Assembly (NCBI GenBank): GCA_039630545.1
Contig: JBCNUU010000003.1
Coordinates: 34,582 to 98,581 of the forward strand
Length of the DNA stretch: 64,000 bases
Direction of reading: 5' to 3'
From: Endomicrobiia bacterium
Lineage (GTDB): Bacteria; Elusimicrobiota; Endomicrobiia; DTEH01
Part shown: positions 29,021 through 39,739 of the stretch, piece by piece
Numbering within the stretch: position 1 is the first letter of the stretch
How the letters are laid out: each line of letters opens with the position of its first letter
Notes under the pieces: generated by a model
Seen by the model: the letters and a program-made list of their open reading frames with translations, nothing else
What the model was told of the DNA's origin: nothing
Database searches by the model: none
Made by a program: the position numbers and the translations under genes

Positions 29021-31198
29021 ATGATAACATATGTATATGGATACCCAAGATTAGGAGAGAATAGAGAATACAAATTTTCAATAGAAAAATTTTGGAAAAA
29101 TAACTTATCTCAAAAAGAACTAATAGATGAAATTTCTTCTTTAGAACAAAAGAATAGAAATGAGTGTCTTCAATTTATAGATAAAGTTGTAGAAGGCGAG
29201 ATGACTTTTTACAATGAAATTTTAGATACAGCAATTTTATTCGGTATATTAAACCCTAAAAATTTAAATGAATACTACGAGTTTTGTAGAGGAAAAAATG
29301 CTTTAGAGATGAAAAAGTGGTTTAATACAAACTATCATTATTTAGTTGTTGACTTTAGTAAGTTAGATAAGTTTGAGCTAAAAAATAACTTAGATAATAT
29401 TGCTTTGATTTTTAAAAATAAAGCAAAATTTCCTTCATTTATAGGCCCATATACTTTTCTTAAGTTATCAAAAGGGCTTGATATAAATGGCTTTAAGAAA
29501 TATTTTTTTGATATGATTGAAATTTTAAACGACATTATTTCAAAATACGATGAAGTACATATAGAAGAACCTGCTTTTGTTTTTGAAGTTAATCAAGATG
29601 AAGTTAAGTTAATTAAAGAAGCCTACAGCAAACTTGACAAAAGTAAAAAGGTCTATTTGGTTACTTATTACGAATCAGTAGATTTTATTGATGTGTTGTA
29701 TAGTTTACCTTTCTACGGTTTGGGATTTGATTTTATAAGAGGACAGGAAAACTTAGAATTTATCTTAAAAAACAAATTTCCAAAGGATAAAGTTTTAATA
29801 GCAGGAGTTGTAGATGGTAGAAATATTTGGAAAACAAATGTGAAAAAAGTATCAGAAATATTAAAAGAATTAAAGAGTATTACTGAAAATATTTTTATAT
29901 CAAACGCAGCCCCCCTATACCATCTACCTATAAGTGTTTCTTATGAAGAAAGCATTCCTCAGGATATTAAAAAATGTATATGTTTTGCAAAAGAACGTTT
30001 AGAAGAACTTAAAAAGATTAAAAAACTAATCCTAAAAGAAGAAATTTATAATGATTATTGCGATTTAGAAAAAGTTATAAGTAAGTATGAAGATGAAGAA
30101 ATAAAAAAAAGAGTAAAAAACTTATCACGAGATGACTTTATAAAGAAAGTTCCCTATATAGATAGAAGAGAAATACAAAAAGATATTTTAAATTTACCTC
30201 TATTTCCTACAACTACAATAGGAAGTTTTCCTCAAAGTGAAGAAGTTAGAAATAAAAGGAATGAGTATATCAATGGTAAAATTTCTTACGATGAATATGA
30301 AAAGTTCATATTTAATCAAATAGATAAACTTATTGAATATCAAGAAAACTTAGGGTTAGATGTATTAGTACATGGAGAGTTCGAACGTACAGATATGGTT
30401 GAGTTTTTTGCATTTAAGATGAAAGGATTTTTGACTACAAAAAATGGATGGGTTTTATCTTATGGTACAAGAGTCTACAGACCGCCTATAATATATTCGG
30501 ATGTTTCACGAAAAGAACCTATGACTATAAAAGAAATAACTTATGCACAATCTAAAACTAAAAAACCAGTAAAAGGAATGCTGACAGGTCCTGTTACTAT
30601 GCTGGCATGGAGTTTCCATAGAGAAGATATTCCTATTCATGAAGTTGCATATCAAATAGCGTTAGCATTGAAAGAAGAGATAGAAGATTATGAGAAAAAT
30701 GGAATAAAAATAGTTCAAGTAGATGAGCCTGCTTTTAGAGAAAAAGCACCTATAAAAAAAAGAAAATGGAATGAATATTTCGAATGGGCAGTAAAAGCAT
30801 TTAACCTTGCTACAAATACAAAACCTGAAACACAGATTCATACTCATATGTGTTACTCTGAATTTTCTGAAATTATAAAATATATAAACTTATTAGATTT
30901 TGATGTAATAACAATAGAAAGTTCAAGAAGTAAAGCAGAAATAATAGATGCCTTTAAAGATATTAACTTCGAAAGGCAAATAGGGATTGGTGTTTGGGAT
31001 ATACATTCACCATCTAATTTAGATAAAAAAGAAGTTTTTCAAATAGTAAATAGAGTTCTGAGTGTTATACCATACAAAAATGTATGGTTAAATCCAGATT
31101 GTGGTCTAAAAACTCGTCGTTGGGAGGAAATAGATCAACCTTTGCAAGTAATAATAGAGGTGGCTAATATTTTAAGAAAAGAGTTTAAAGATACTTAG
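29021..31198 (+). CDS. metE: Cobalamin-independent methionine synthase
   Basis: KWFNTNYHY, TTIGSFPQ, HGEFER, HMCYSE, NPDCGL. Confidence 0.95.
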   Translation: MITYVYGYPRLGENREYKFSIEKFWKNNLSQKELIDEISSLEQKNRNECLQFIDKVVEGEMTFYNEILDTAILFGILNPKNLNEYYEFCRGKNALEMKKWFNTNYHYLVVDFSKLDKFELKNNLDNIALIFKNKAKFPSFIGPYTFLKLSKGLDINGFKKYFFDMIEILNDIISKYDEVHIEEPAFVFEVNQDEVKLIKEAYSKLDKSKKVYLVTYYESVDFIDVLYSLPFYGLGFDFIRGQENLEFILKNKFPKDKVLIAGVVDGRNIWKTNVKKVSEILKELKSITENIFISNAAPLYHLPISVSYEESIPQDIKKCICFAKERLEELKKIKKLILKEEIYNDYCDLEKVISKYEDEEIKKRVKNLSRDDFIKKVPYIDRREIQKDILNLPLFPTTTIGSFPQSEEVRNKRNEYINGKISYDEYEKFIFNQIDKLIEYQENLGLDVLVHGEFERTDMVEFFAFKMKGFLTTKNGWVLSYGTRVYRPPIIYSDVSRKEPMTIKEITYAQSKTKKPVKGMLTGPVTMLAWSFHREDIPIHEVAYQIALALKEEIEDYEKNGIKIVQVDEPAFREKAPIKKRKWNEYFEWAVKAFNLATNTKPETQIHTHMCYSEFSEIIKYINLLDFDVITIESSRSKAEIIDAFKDINFERQIGIGVWDIHSPSNLDKKEVFQIVNRVLSVIPYKNVWLNPDCGLKTRRWEEIDQPLQVIIEVANILRKEFKDT

Positions 31199-31201
31199 TG
31201 G

Positions 31202-33667
31202 TTATTCATCTTGAGGAACTATATTAGCCAAAGCAGCAACTTTGTCACCTTCATCTAACTTTACTAAACGAACACCTTGTGTGTTGCGAGATAAAATAGA
31301 GATCTCATCGACTTTTAGTCTTAAGCTCATTCCTTTTTCAGTCATTATCATAATTTCATAGCCAGGATTTGCAACTTTTACTCCTACAACTTTGCCATTT
31401 CTTTGTGTAGTTTTTATGTTTATTACACCTTTACCACCGCGACTTTGTAATCTGTAGTCGTCAACTTTTGTCCTTTTACCATAACCATTTTCACAAACTG
31501 TAAGAAGGATATCTTCTTTTTTTACTACTTCCATACCTACAACTTCGTCATCTTTTGACTTAAATCTTATTCCTACAACACCTTTGCCTGTTCGTCCAAT
31601 AGGACGAACTTTGTCTTCTTTGAATCTTATTGCAAAACCATTCTTTGTTGCGATAAAAATGTCTGATTTACCATCGGTATGTTTTACATCTATTAAGGAG
31701 TCATCTTTGTCAAGATTTATTGCTATGATTCCTGTTTTCCTTGGATTTGAATACTCAGAAAGATTTGTCTTTTTGATGATTCCTTTTTTAGTGCACATCA
31801 AAAGATAAGAGTTGTTATCAAATTTGTCAACTGCAACACAAGCAGTAATTTTTTCATCCATACTTGAAAGTTGTATTAAGTTTACGGCAGCTTTTCCCTT
31901 TGATATTCTTGAACCTTCTGGAACTTCAAAAACTCTTGACCAGTAGACTCTTCCTTTATTTGTGAACCACAGAAGATAAGAATGTGTGTTTGTTATTATT
32001 AGTTGTTCAACAAAATCTTCATCTTTAACAGTTGTACCTGTTATTCCTTTACCACCACGGTGTTGAGATTTATATGTTGAAAGCGGCATACGTTTTACAT
32101 AACCTTGATGAGAAATGCATACTACTACATCTTCTTCTTTTATTAAATCTTCAATTGTTAATTCTTCAGCACGAGCTACAATTTTTGTCCTTCTTTCATC
32201 GCCATATTGTTCTTTAATTTTTTTAATTTCTTCTTTTATTATATTATCAATTTTTTTAGGATCTCTTAAAATTGATCTTAAAAGTTCTATTGTTTTAATA
32301 AGTTCAAGATACTCTTGTTCTAATTTTGTACGCTCTAAAGATGTAAGTTGTTGTAGCCGCATATCAAGGATAGCTCGTGCTTGTATTTTTGTAAACTTAA
32401 ACTCATCCATTAAATTTTTCTCAGCAGTATCAACATCTTTTGATTCGCGGATGATTTTTATTACTTTGTTTAGATGTTCAATAGCAATTCTTAACCCTTC
32501 AACTATGTGTGCTCTATGTTCTGCCTTGCGCAGGTCAAAAGATGTACGTTTGTATACAATATCTCTTCTGTGGTCAATATAGCACTGTATCATTTCACGC
32601 ATATTTAGCACCTGAGGTTTTCCGTTTACTAAAACTAACATTATAACACCAAAAGATACTTCTAATTGTGTATGTTTAAAAAGTTGATTAAGAACAATAT
32701 TTGGATTACCATCCCGTTTTATTTCAATTACAATTCTTATGCCATCTCTGTCTGATTCATCTCTTAGATCAGCGATATCTTGAATTTTTTTCTCATTTGC
32801 CAGGCGTGCTATTGTTTCGAGAAGTTCTGATTTGTTTACTTGGTACGGGATTTCTTTTATTATAATGGCGTGTCTTCCACCTTTTAGTTCCTCAATTTCT
32901 GCTTTTGCACGAACCTTTATAGAACCTCTGCCAGTTGTAAAATACTCTTTAATTCCTTCTTTTCCCTGTATGATTCCTCCTGTAGGGAAGTCAGGTCCTT
33001 TTATATATTGCATAAGATCTTCTGAATTAATTTCAGGATTTTCAAGAACAGCTATTATAGCATCGCATACTTCTGAAAGGTTATGTGTAGGTATGTTTGT
33101 TGCCATACCTACAGCAATTCCACTTGAACCATTGACTAGAAGATTTGGAAACTTTGCAGGTAAAACCGATGGTTCTTCCAAGGAACCATCGTAGTTAGGT
33201 CTAAAGCTAACAGTTTCTTTGTCAATATCTTCCAACATTTCTTCGGCAATTTTGTTGAGTCGTGCTTCTGTATAACGCATCGCAGCTGGAGGATCTCCAT
33301 CTATTGAGCCGAAGTTTCCTTGCCCGTCGATAAGTGGATATCTTAAAGAAAAATCTTGTCCCATTCTTACAAGTGCTTCATATACAGCTGTATCTCCATG
33401 TGGGTGATATTTCCCTAAAACATCTCCAACAACACGTGCAGATTTTTTGTAGGGTTGATTGTGTTTAAGTCCCATTTCTTTCATTGTATAAAGGATTCTT
33501 CTGTGGACAGGTTTAAGTCCATCTCGCACATCAGGTAAAGCACGACCAACTATAACACTCATTGCATAGTCGGTGTAAGATGTTTTCATCTCTTCGCCGA
33601 TATCTCTGGGAATTATATTTTGCTCTTCAAAGTTTAATTGTGGTTGGTTGTCTTTTTTATTTGGCAT
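31202..33667 (-). CDS. gyrA: DNA gyrase subunit A
   Basis: [17 protein letters not shown], GyrA-box QHRGGKG, C-terminal pinwheel repeats. Confidence 0.97.
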   Translation of the reverse strand: MPNKKDNQPQLNFEEQNIIPRDIGEEMKTSYTDYAMSVIVGRALPDVRDGLKPVHRRILYTMKEMGLKHNQPYKKSARVVGDVLGKYHPHGDTAVYEALVRMGQDFSLRYPLIDGQGNFGSIDGDPPAAMRYTEARLNKIAEEMLEDIDKETVSFRPNYDGSLEEPSVLPAKFPNLLVNGSSGIAVGMATNIPTHNLSEVCDAIIAVLENPEINSEDLMQYIKGPDFPTGGIIQGKEGIKEYFTTGRGSIKVRAKAEIEELKGGRHAIIIKEIPYQVNKSELLETIARLANEKKIQDIADLRDESDRDGIRIVIEIKRDGNPNIVLNQLFKHTQLEVSFGVIMLVLVNGKPQVLNMREMIQCYIDHRRDIVYKRTSFDLRKAEHRAHIVEGLRIAIEHLNKVIKIIRESKDVDTAEKNLMDEFKFTKIQARAILDMRLQQLTSLERTKLEQEYLELIKTIELLRSILRDPKKIDNIIKEEIKKIKEQYGDERRTKIVARAEELTIEDLIKEEDVVVCISHQGYVKRMPLSTYKSQHRGGKGITGTTVKDEDFVEQLIITNTHSYLLWFTNKGRVYWSRVFEVPEGSRISKGKAAVNLIQLSSMDEKITACVAVDKFDNNSYLLMCTKKGIIKKTNLSEYSNPRKTGIIAINLDKDDSLIDVKHTDGKSDIFIATKNGFAIRFKEDKVRPIGRTGKGVVGIRFKSKDDEVVGMEVVKKEDILLTVCENGYGKRTKVDDYRLQSRGGKGVINIKTTQRNGKVVGVKVANPGYEIMIMTEKGMSLRLKVDEISILSRNTQGVRLVKLDEGDKVAALANIVPQDE

Positions 33668-33801
33668 ATATCATCTCCTTTTTCACTTTTTTAACAAGAA
33701 TTTATTCAATCTGTTTTATATAAAAAATTTTATGTAAAAAAACAAGTTTTTATTGTTTTAATATATTAAATTTTATATAAGATTAATGATTTAATGAAAA
33801 A

Positions 33802-34860
33802 ATGAAAAAGTTAGTGGGGAAAATAATATCTTTTTTATTTTTTAGTGTTCTATTTGCTAATTCCATTAACAAAAAGGAAATCAAAGTTAACAACAAAAAA
33901 TTTTCTACTATTAAAAATGATACTAATAAATTTATGCCTGCATATTTTTATCTTCACAAATCAGGGGAACTTAAAAAACGAGCTAATGAACTTTGGCAGA
34001 TGATGCAGAAATGTGAATTGTGTCCAAGAATGTGTAAAGTTAATAGGTTAAAAGGGCAAAAAGGTTTTTGTGGTGTAGAGGGGACAAAATTGGTAGTTTC
34101 TTCGTATCATCCACATTTTGGAGAAGAAAGACCTCTTGTTGGAAGGGGTGGTTCTGGCACTATATTTTTTACATACTGCAACCTGAAATGTGTGTTTTGT
34201 CAAAACTGGGAGATAAGTCATCTTGGTCAGGGAGAAGAAGTAAAAATTGAAGATTTAGCAAATATGATGCTTGAACTGCAGCAAATTGGTTGTCATAATA
34301 TAAATGTGGTAACGCCAACTCATTATTCAGCACACATTCTTAAAGCTTTAGACATAGCTGCTTCCAAAGGATTAAAACTTCCTCTTGTATGGAATACTTC
34401 TGGATGGGAAAGAGTGGAGATTCTTAAATTTTTAGATGGCGTTGTAGATATTTATCTTCCAGATTTCAAATACTGGGACAAAGAAATGTCAAAAAAGTAC
34501 TCTCCAGGTGCTGAAAGTTATCCTGAGGTTACAAAGCAAGCAATCCTTGAGATGCAAAGACAAGTAGGTGTAGCAAAGCCAGCAGAGGATGGAATTATAT
34601 ATAGAGGACTAATGATAAGGATACTTGTGATGCCTTCTAATGTAAGTGGTTCAGAACAGGTAATAGAATGGATTGCTAAAAACCTTCCTAAAGATACTTA
34701 TATAAATATTATGGCGCAGTATACTCCAAGGTATAAAGCTTATGACTACCCGGAAATTTCAAGGCGTATTACAAAAGAGGAATATAAGAGAGTAGTAAAC
34801 AAAGCAAAACAACTCGGCCTTACAAATCTGGATATTCAGGGTTGGTTCTGGTTTGAATAA
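33802..34860 (+). CDS. PflX-like radical SAM protein with N-terminal hydrophobic leader
   Basis: CELCPRMC, HFGEE, GSGTIFF, CNLKCVFCQN, IYLPDFKY. Confidence 0.8.
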   Translation: MKKLVGKIISFLFFSVLFANSINKKEIKVNNKKFSTIKNDTNKFMPAYFYLHKSGELKKRANELWQMMQKCELCPRMCKVNRLKGQKGFCGVEGTKLVVSSYHPHFGEERPLVGRGGSGTIFFTYCNLKCVFCQNWEISHLGQGEEVKIEDLANMMLELQQIGCHNINVVTPTHYSAHILKALDIAASKGLKLPLVWNTSGWERVEILKFLDGVVDIYLPDFKYWDKEMSKKYSPGAESYPEVTKQAILEMQRQVGVAKPAEDGIIYRGLMIRILVMPSNVSGSEQVIEWIAKNLPKDTYINIMAQYTPRYKAYDYPEISRRITKEEYKRVVNKAKQLGLTNLDIQGWFWFE

Positions 34861-37115
34861 TGGAGAATTTTTTAAAACTCATCTTTATATTAATTGGATT
34901 TAGCGGACATACAGCGCAGATTTTATTGTTAAGAGAATTACTTATAGTTTTTTCAGGAAATGAGTTTTCAATAGGTATTATACTTTCCAGTTGGCTTTTA
35001 ATTGAAGCAATTGGTTCTTACTTATCTGGTAAATTAATACAGAAGGATAAAAATATAATAAGAAGCTTTATTCTTCTTGGTTCTTTATTTTTTTTGTTTT
35101 TTCCTCTGTCTATATTTCTTATTAGAATCATAAAAATAATTCTCGGTATTTCAATAGGAGAAGGTTTAGGTTTTATAGAAATGGTATATAGCAGTTTTAT
35201 TTTACTTTTCCCTGCAAGTTTTATTCACGGTGCACAGTTTCCATATAGCTGTAAAGTTTATTATCAGTTTACAAATAAAGATGTTACTTGCATAAATAAT
35301 GCATATGTATTTATAACTTTTGGAGTAGTTTTGAGTGGATTTTTTTTGACTTATTTTATGATTCCTTATTTTAATTCATTTAAAATAGTTTCTATAATTG
35401 GCTTAATTGCTATATTTACCCTTATTATTTTTTTGTTTAACCAAAAAGTATCCTCAGCAGGCTCCTTGAGTATTTTTTTGTTTTTCTTGATTTTGTTTTA
35501 TTTATATCTCTTTTTAAACGGAGCAGAGGTATTGCAGTGGCTTTCAATAAGAAAACAATGGAAAAATCAAAAAATTTTAGAATACAAAAATTCTATATAT
35601 AGTAACATATGTGTGGTGAAATATGAGAATCAATATACTTTCTTTGTTGACGGAATGCCTAAAATAATCACGCCAATTCCTGACATTATGTTTGTGGAAG
35701 AGTTTGTTCATATACCACTTCTTCTTCACCCTAGTCCTAAAAAAATTCTTACAATAAGTGGTGCTGTCGGTGGAATAATAAATGAAGTATTGAAACATCC
35801 TACCGTAGAAGAAGTATCCTATGTAGAGCAAGATCCTACATTGCTTGAGTTAATCCAGAAGTATCCTACAGAATTGACAGAAAAAGAGCTCAAAAATGAA
35901 AAAGTAAAAATTCACTATTTAGATGGCAGATTTTTTATAAGACAAACAAAAGAAAAATATGATATAATATTATCAGGAATATCAAACCCGTCGGATTTAC
36001 AAAGCAATAGATTTTTTACAGAAGAGTTTTTTAAACTAATAAAAGAAAAATTAACTGAGAAAGGCATCTTTGTTTTAACATTACCTGGTTCTTTGACATA
36101 TTTAAGTGAGGAACTTAAAAAATTAAATAAAGTTATCTATGACACATTAAAAGAAGTTTTTAAAGAAGTGGTTGTTTTACCAGGAGATGGAGTAAATATT
36201 TTTTTAGTTTCAGATACTCCTGATATTTTAGTTTTGTCTAAAGAAATTTTAGTAAGTAAGGTAAAACAACGTAAGATAAAAGCAGCTACACTTCTTCCCA
36301 GACATATAGAATACAAAACAAATCCATATTTTCGTAAATGGTATTTAACAATGATAAGTGAAATTCCTTTTAAGAAAAATACTGATTTTAAACCCACTGC
36401 TTTATTTTTTAGTTTATCGCACTGGAATTCTTTATTTTCTCCCTATCTTAGAAAATTTTTTGATTTTTTTGAAACTTTAAATTTTTTAAAATTGTTTAGT
36501 GTGATAGCGGCAATCTTTATAGTTTTTATTTTATTTTTTCATAAAAAACTTTCATTTTTTAGTATTCCTTTCAGTATTACTACTTCGGGTTTTGTAGGTA
36601 TGGTGTTTGATGTTTCTATGATATTAGCTTTTCAGTCAATTTATGGATATATTTATTTGTGGATAGGATTGCTTGTAAGCTTTTATATGTTAGGATCTGC
36701 TTGTGGCGCTTATATAAGCTCGCAGAAGTTTAGTAAAAGAAAAGATTTTGTGCTTCTGGAACTTTTTATTTTGTTTTTTTGTATTTTTCTAATACTGATA
36801 GTTGGATTAATTAACTACTGTTTAGAAAAAGATATCAACTTTGAAATATTCAAATGGATTTTTTTGTTTATTAATTTTACGGGAGGATTTTTAGTAGGTG
36901 CCGAGTTTCCTCTAGGAGCCAGAATATATTTAAATACAATAAATTCCTTTAGTAAAACAGCAGGTTTGATAAATGCTTGCGATCTCTTTGGAGGTTTTGT
37001 TGGAGGTTTAATAGCAAGCATAATATTTTTTCCGATTTTTGGAATTTTTAATACATTAATTTTTTTAGTTATTGTTAAAATTTTTTCAGCTTTCCTTGTA
37101 ATTCTTACAAAATAA
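34860..37115 (+). CDS. Membrane-embedded spermidine-synthase-like protein (TM bundle / SAM-binding core / TM bundle)
   Basis: QILLLRE..GNE, EEFVH, VEQDP, DGRFFI, FFTEEFF. Confidence 0.75.
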   Translation: MENFLKLIFILIGFSGHTAQILLLRELLIVFSGNEFSIGIILSSWLLIEAIGSYLSGKLIQKDKNIIRSFILLGSLFFLFFPLSIFLIRIIKIILGISIGEGLGFIEMVYSSFILLFPASFIHGAQFPYSCKVYYQFTNKDVTCINNAYVFITFGVVLSGFFLTYFMIPYFNSFKIVSIIGLIAIFTLIIFLFNQKVSSAGSLSIFLFFLILFYLYLFLNGAEVLQWLSIRKQWKNQKILEYKNSIYSNICVVKYENQYTFFVDGMPKIITPIPDIMFVEEFVHIPLLLHPSPKKILTISGAVGGIINEVLKHPTVEEVSYVEQDPTLLELIQKYPTELTEKELKNEKVKIHYLDGRFFIRQTKEKYDIILSGISNPSDLQSNRFFTEEFFKLIKEKLTEKGIFVLTLPGSLTYLSEELKKLNKVIYDTLKEVFKEVVVLPGDGVNIFLVSDTPDILVLSKEILVSKVKQRKIKAATLLPRHIEYKTNPYFRKWYLTMISEIPFKKNTDFKPTALFFSLSHWNSLFSPYLRKFFDFFETLNFLKLFSVIAAIFIVFILFFHKKLSFFSIPFSITTSGFVGMVFDVSMILAFQSIYGYIYLWIGLLVSFYMLGSACGAYISSQKFSKRKDFVLLELFILFFCIFLILIVGLINYCLEKDINFEIFKWIFLFINFTGGFLVGAEFPLGARIYLNTINSFSKTAGLINACDLFGGFVGGLIASIIFFPIFGIFNTLIFLVIVKIFSAFLVILTK

Positions 37116-37197
37116 AATATTTGTAAGAAGTTGAAATTTAAGAGTAAATAAGTTATAACCTATAAAAACTTATATATAGATATAGGCTAAAAACTCT

Positions 37198-37410
37198 ATG
37201 CCAATATATGAGTATAAATGCAATAGTTGTAACGCAGAGTTTGAACTTTTAATATATACAGGAGAAGAGCCAGTCTGTCCTAAATGTTTATCTAAAAATT
37301 TAACAAAAAAAATTTCTAAAGTGAGTTTTAAATCTTCCTTGTCTGATAGTTCATCTTCAGGTTCTTCTTGTTCTAGCTGTTCTTCTGGAAGTTGTTCTAG
37401 TTGCAGATAG
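37198..37410 (+). CDS. FmdB family zinc-ribbon protein
   Basis: MPIYEYKCNSC..FE..CPKC; Ser/Cys tail. Confidence 0.9.
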   Translation: MPIYEYKCNSCNAEFELLIYTGEEPVCPKCLSKNLTKKISKVSFKSSLSDSSSSGSSCSSCSSGSCSSCR

Positions 37411-37522
37411 AAACTTTTAAAACAATTTTGTACCTTAATAGTCGCTTTTCAATTTAACTCATACTTTCAATTTAAAAGTAACTTCTGGATTTATCTTTTA
37501 AGTAGTTTTTATTTTCCTAAAG

Positions 37523-38770
37523 ATGGTATCAATAGTTATTCTGGCAATAGTATTTATTTTAATTGCAACAAGAAGAATAGGTAGTATAAAACTACAAGTT
37601 TGGCAGATAATGTTTTTTGGTGCTTTGACGGTATTACTTACTAGGCAAATTTCCATTAAGGAAGCTTTTATGGCTATTAGTTGGGAGGTAATGTTGTTTT
37701 TGTTTAGTATGTTTATTATAGGAGAAGCGGTTGAAAAAAGTGGCTATTTAGCACATATAACATATAAAATTTTTAAAAAAGCAAAATCTCTAAATTGGCT
37801 TTTAATTTATATCTTGTTTGTGATGGGGTTTGCTTCATCTATTCTTATGAATGATACTGTTGCAATAGTTGGTACACCTGTTGTTTTGCTACTTGCAAGA
37901 AAACATAATATAGAACCAAAAATTTTACTTTTAACATTAGCTTTTGCTATAACAATAGGAAGCGTAATGAGTCCGTTAGGAAATCCTCAAAATTTTCTTA
38001 TTGCAACACAATCAAACATTAAAAATCCATTCTTTATGTTTGCAAAATACCTTTTTTTACCAACAGTAATAAACTTATATTTAACATTTTTAGTATTAAA
38101 GATAGTTTTCAAAAAACATTTTAATAATATATCTCTTGTTTACTCTCAAGAACCTATAAAAGATCGTCATCTTTCTATATTATCAAAAGTTTCATTAATA
38201 CTGCTTCTTGTTCTTATAGTTATGAAAATACTAACTACAATTTTTTTCCCACATATTAATATAAAGTTAGTTTATATAACCGCAATCTCTTCTTTACCGA
38301 TAGTTATTTTTAGTAGAAAAAGATTGCAAATTATAAAAAAAGTTGACTGGCAAACACTTGTGTTTTTTGCTTCCATGTTTATTTTAATGCAGTCAGTATG
38401 GGATACACGAATTTTCCAAAAAATTATAGAAAATACAAAAATTAATATTACCTCACTAACATCTATAATGTTGATTAGTACAATTTTAAGTCAACTGATT
38501 TCAAATGTTCCCCTTGTGAATTTGTATTTGCAGATAATAGAGAGTTGTTCTTATGGTATAAAAGAACTTATGGCATTAGCTTCAGCAAGTACAGTTGCTG
38601 GTAATTTTACAATTTTAGCGGCAGCAAGTAACATAATAATAATTCATACAGCAGAAAAAAAGTTAAACCAACACAATATTATTAGTTTTTTTGAATTTTT
38701 CAAAATAGGTAGTGTTATTACTTTGATTAATATTTCAGTATATCTGCTTTTCTTAAAGATGTTACCTTAA
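37523..38770 (+). CDS. ArsB/NhaD/CitM-superfamily anion transporter
   Basis: MNDT, SPLGNPQN, SNVP, AGNFTILAAASN. Confidence 0.85.
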   Translation: MVSIVILAIVFILIATRRIGSIKLQVWQIMFFGALTVLLTRQISIKEAFMAISWEVMLFLFSMFIIGEAVEKSGYLAHITYKIFKKAKSLNWLLIYILFVMGFASSILMNDTVAIVGTPVVLLLARKHNIEPKILLLTLAFAITIGSVMSPLGNPQNFLIATQSNIKNPFFMFAKYLFLPTVINLYLTFLVLKIVFKKHFNNISLVYSQEPIKDRHLSILSKVSLILLLVLIVMKILTTIFFPHINIKLVYITAISSLPIVIFSRKRLQIIKKVDWQTLVFFASMFILMQSVWDTRIFQKIIENTKINITSLTSIMLISTILSQLISNVPLVNLYLQIIESCSYGIKELMALASASTVAGNFTILAAASNIIIIHTAEKKLNQHNIISFFEFFKIGSVITLINISVYLLFLKMLP

Positions 38771-39672
38771 ATTTCAGGAAATGGTTCAAAAAAATTTTGC
38801 ATAAGCAGATAATTATCATTAAACCTTAAAACATAAATTTTTAGCATTTCAGTTGCTACAGAAATATCCAGATTATTGTTTTTATATTTATCAACAATCT
38901 TTAAAAAATTTTCTTTTTCTTTTCTTGATAGATTTTTAGAGATGTGTCCGAAAATATGAATCAGAGCATTAGCTAGATTTTTTCTTTTAAAATTTAAACT
39001 TAGCATTTCTTTAAATGTTATTTCATAATTTCTAAAAATTTCTTCAGAACTGATTTTTTTATAACTAGCTAAAATCCGTCCTAAAATTCTTAGATGTTTT
39101 TGCGATAAGCCCATAAGTATGTATTTGTTTTTAGTATGAAATTCTAAAAAACTATTTATGTCCTTGTTTAGACTTTTAAATCTAAAAAGTAAAAAAGTCT
39201 TTGTCAAAAACTCCCACTTCAACTCTACATTCCTTAAACGCCCTTCGTCAGTTAAAGGAAGGTAAGGTAGCTCTTCTTTTATTATCCGTGCAAAAACTCC
39301 ATAAGTTTTTCCATATATTTTGTTGTTTATATAGTATTTGCAGTTACCAACTCCACAACTTGGAGATCTTGCTTTTAGAATAGCAGCGCAGATTTTGTCT
39401 TTATATGTATTTACTGTTTCATAAGAAAACTTTTTTAATTTTTCTGTTAAGTCAAGACCTGTTTCTTCTTGAATTACCTTAAACTCGTTATTTAACTTGT
39501 TTAGCCTTATAGGTTTTCTTGGTATTCCTAAACCTACTGACACTTCTGGACAAACATCCGTTAACTCAAACAAATTTTTAATCTTATTAACGATTTCATC
39601 GTTAGCATTGGTTCCGTTGTATCTTACTTGTTTATTATTAAGACACGCACTGATGATTATAGTTGGTTTCAT
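38767..39672 (-). CDS. DUF523 (2-thiouracil desulfurase-like) + DUF1722 protein, YbgA-like
   Basis: ISACL..VRYNG, CPEV..GLGIPR, KARSPSCG, FHTKNKY, HIFGH. Confidence 0.85.
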   Translation of the reverse strand: MKPTIIISACLNNKQVRYNGTNANDEIVNKIKNLFELTDVCPEVSVGLGIPRKPIRLNKLNNEFKVIQEETGLDLTEKLKKFSYETVNTYKDKICAAILKARSPSCGVGNCKYYINNKIYGKTYGVFARIIKEELPYLPLTDEGRLRNVELKWEFLTKTFLLFRFKSLNKDINSFLEFHTKNKYILMGLSQKHLRILGRILASYKKISSEEIFRNYEITFKEMLSLNFKRKNLANALIHIFGHISKNLSRKEKENFLKIVDKYKNNNLDISVATEMLKIYVLRFNDNYLLMQNFFEPFPEI

Positions 39673-39739
39673 CGTAAATAAATATTATAGAGGCAAATAG
39701 TGAAAATTTTAAATATTTTATATATTATAATATTTGGCT

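Noticed and set aside
30502..30517. parS half-site TGTTTCACG in metE
   Set aside because: The second half does not complete the palindrome.
32115..32582. Antisense ORFs in the track (e.g. 155 aa within gyrA, 157 aa within the symporter at 61737-62210, and many of 60-120 aa)
   Set aside because: Shadow frames of well-supported genes with no motifs or RBS.
37198..37410. Ser/Cys tail of the FmdB protein as a RiPP precursor
   Set aside because: Such tails are usual in FmdB-family zinc-ribbon proteins.
37415..37500. TTTCAATTTAA repeated twice (37447, 37465), superficially CRISPR-like
   Set aside because: Only two 11-bp copies 18 bp apart, no spacer-sized intervals and no cas genes.
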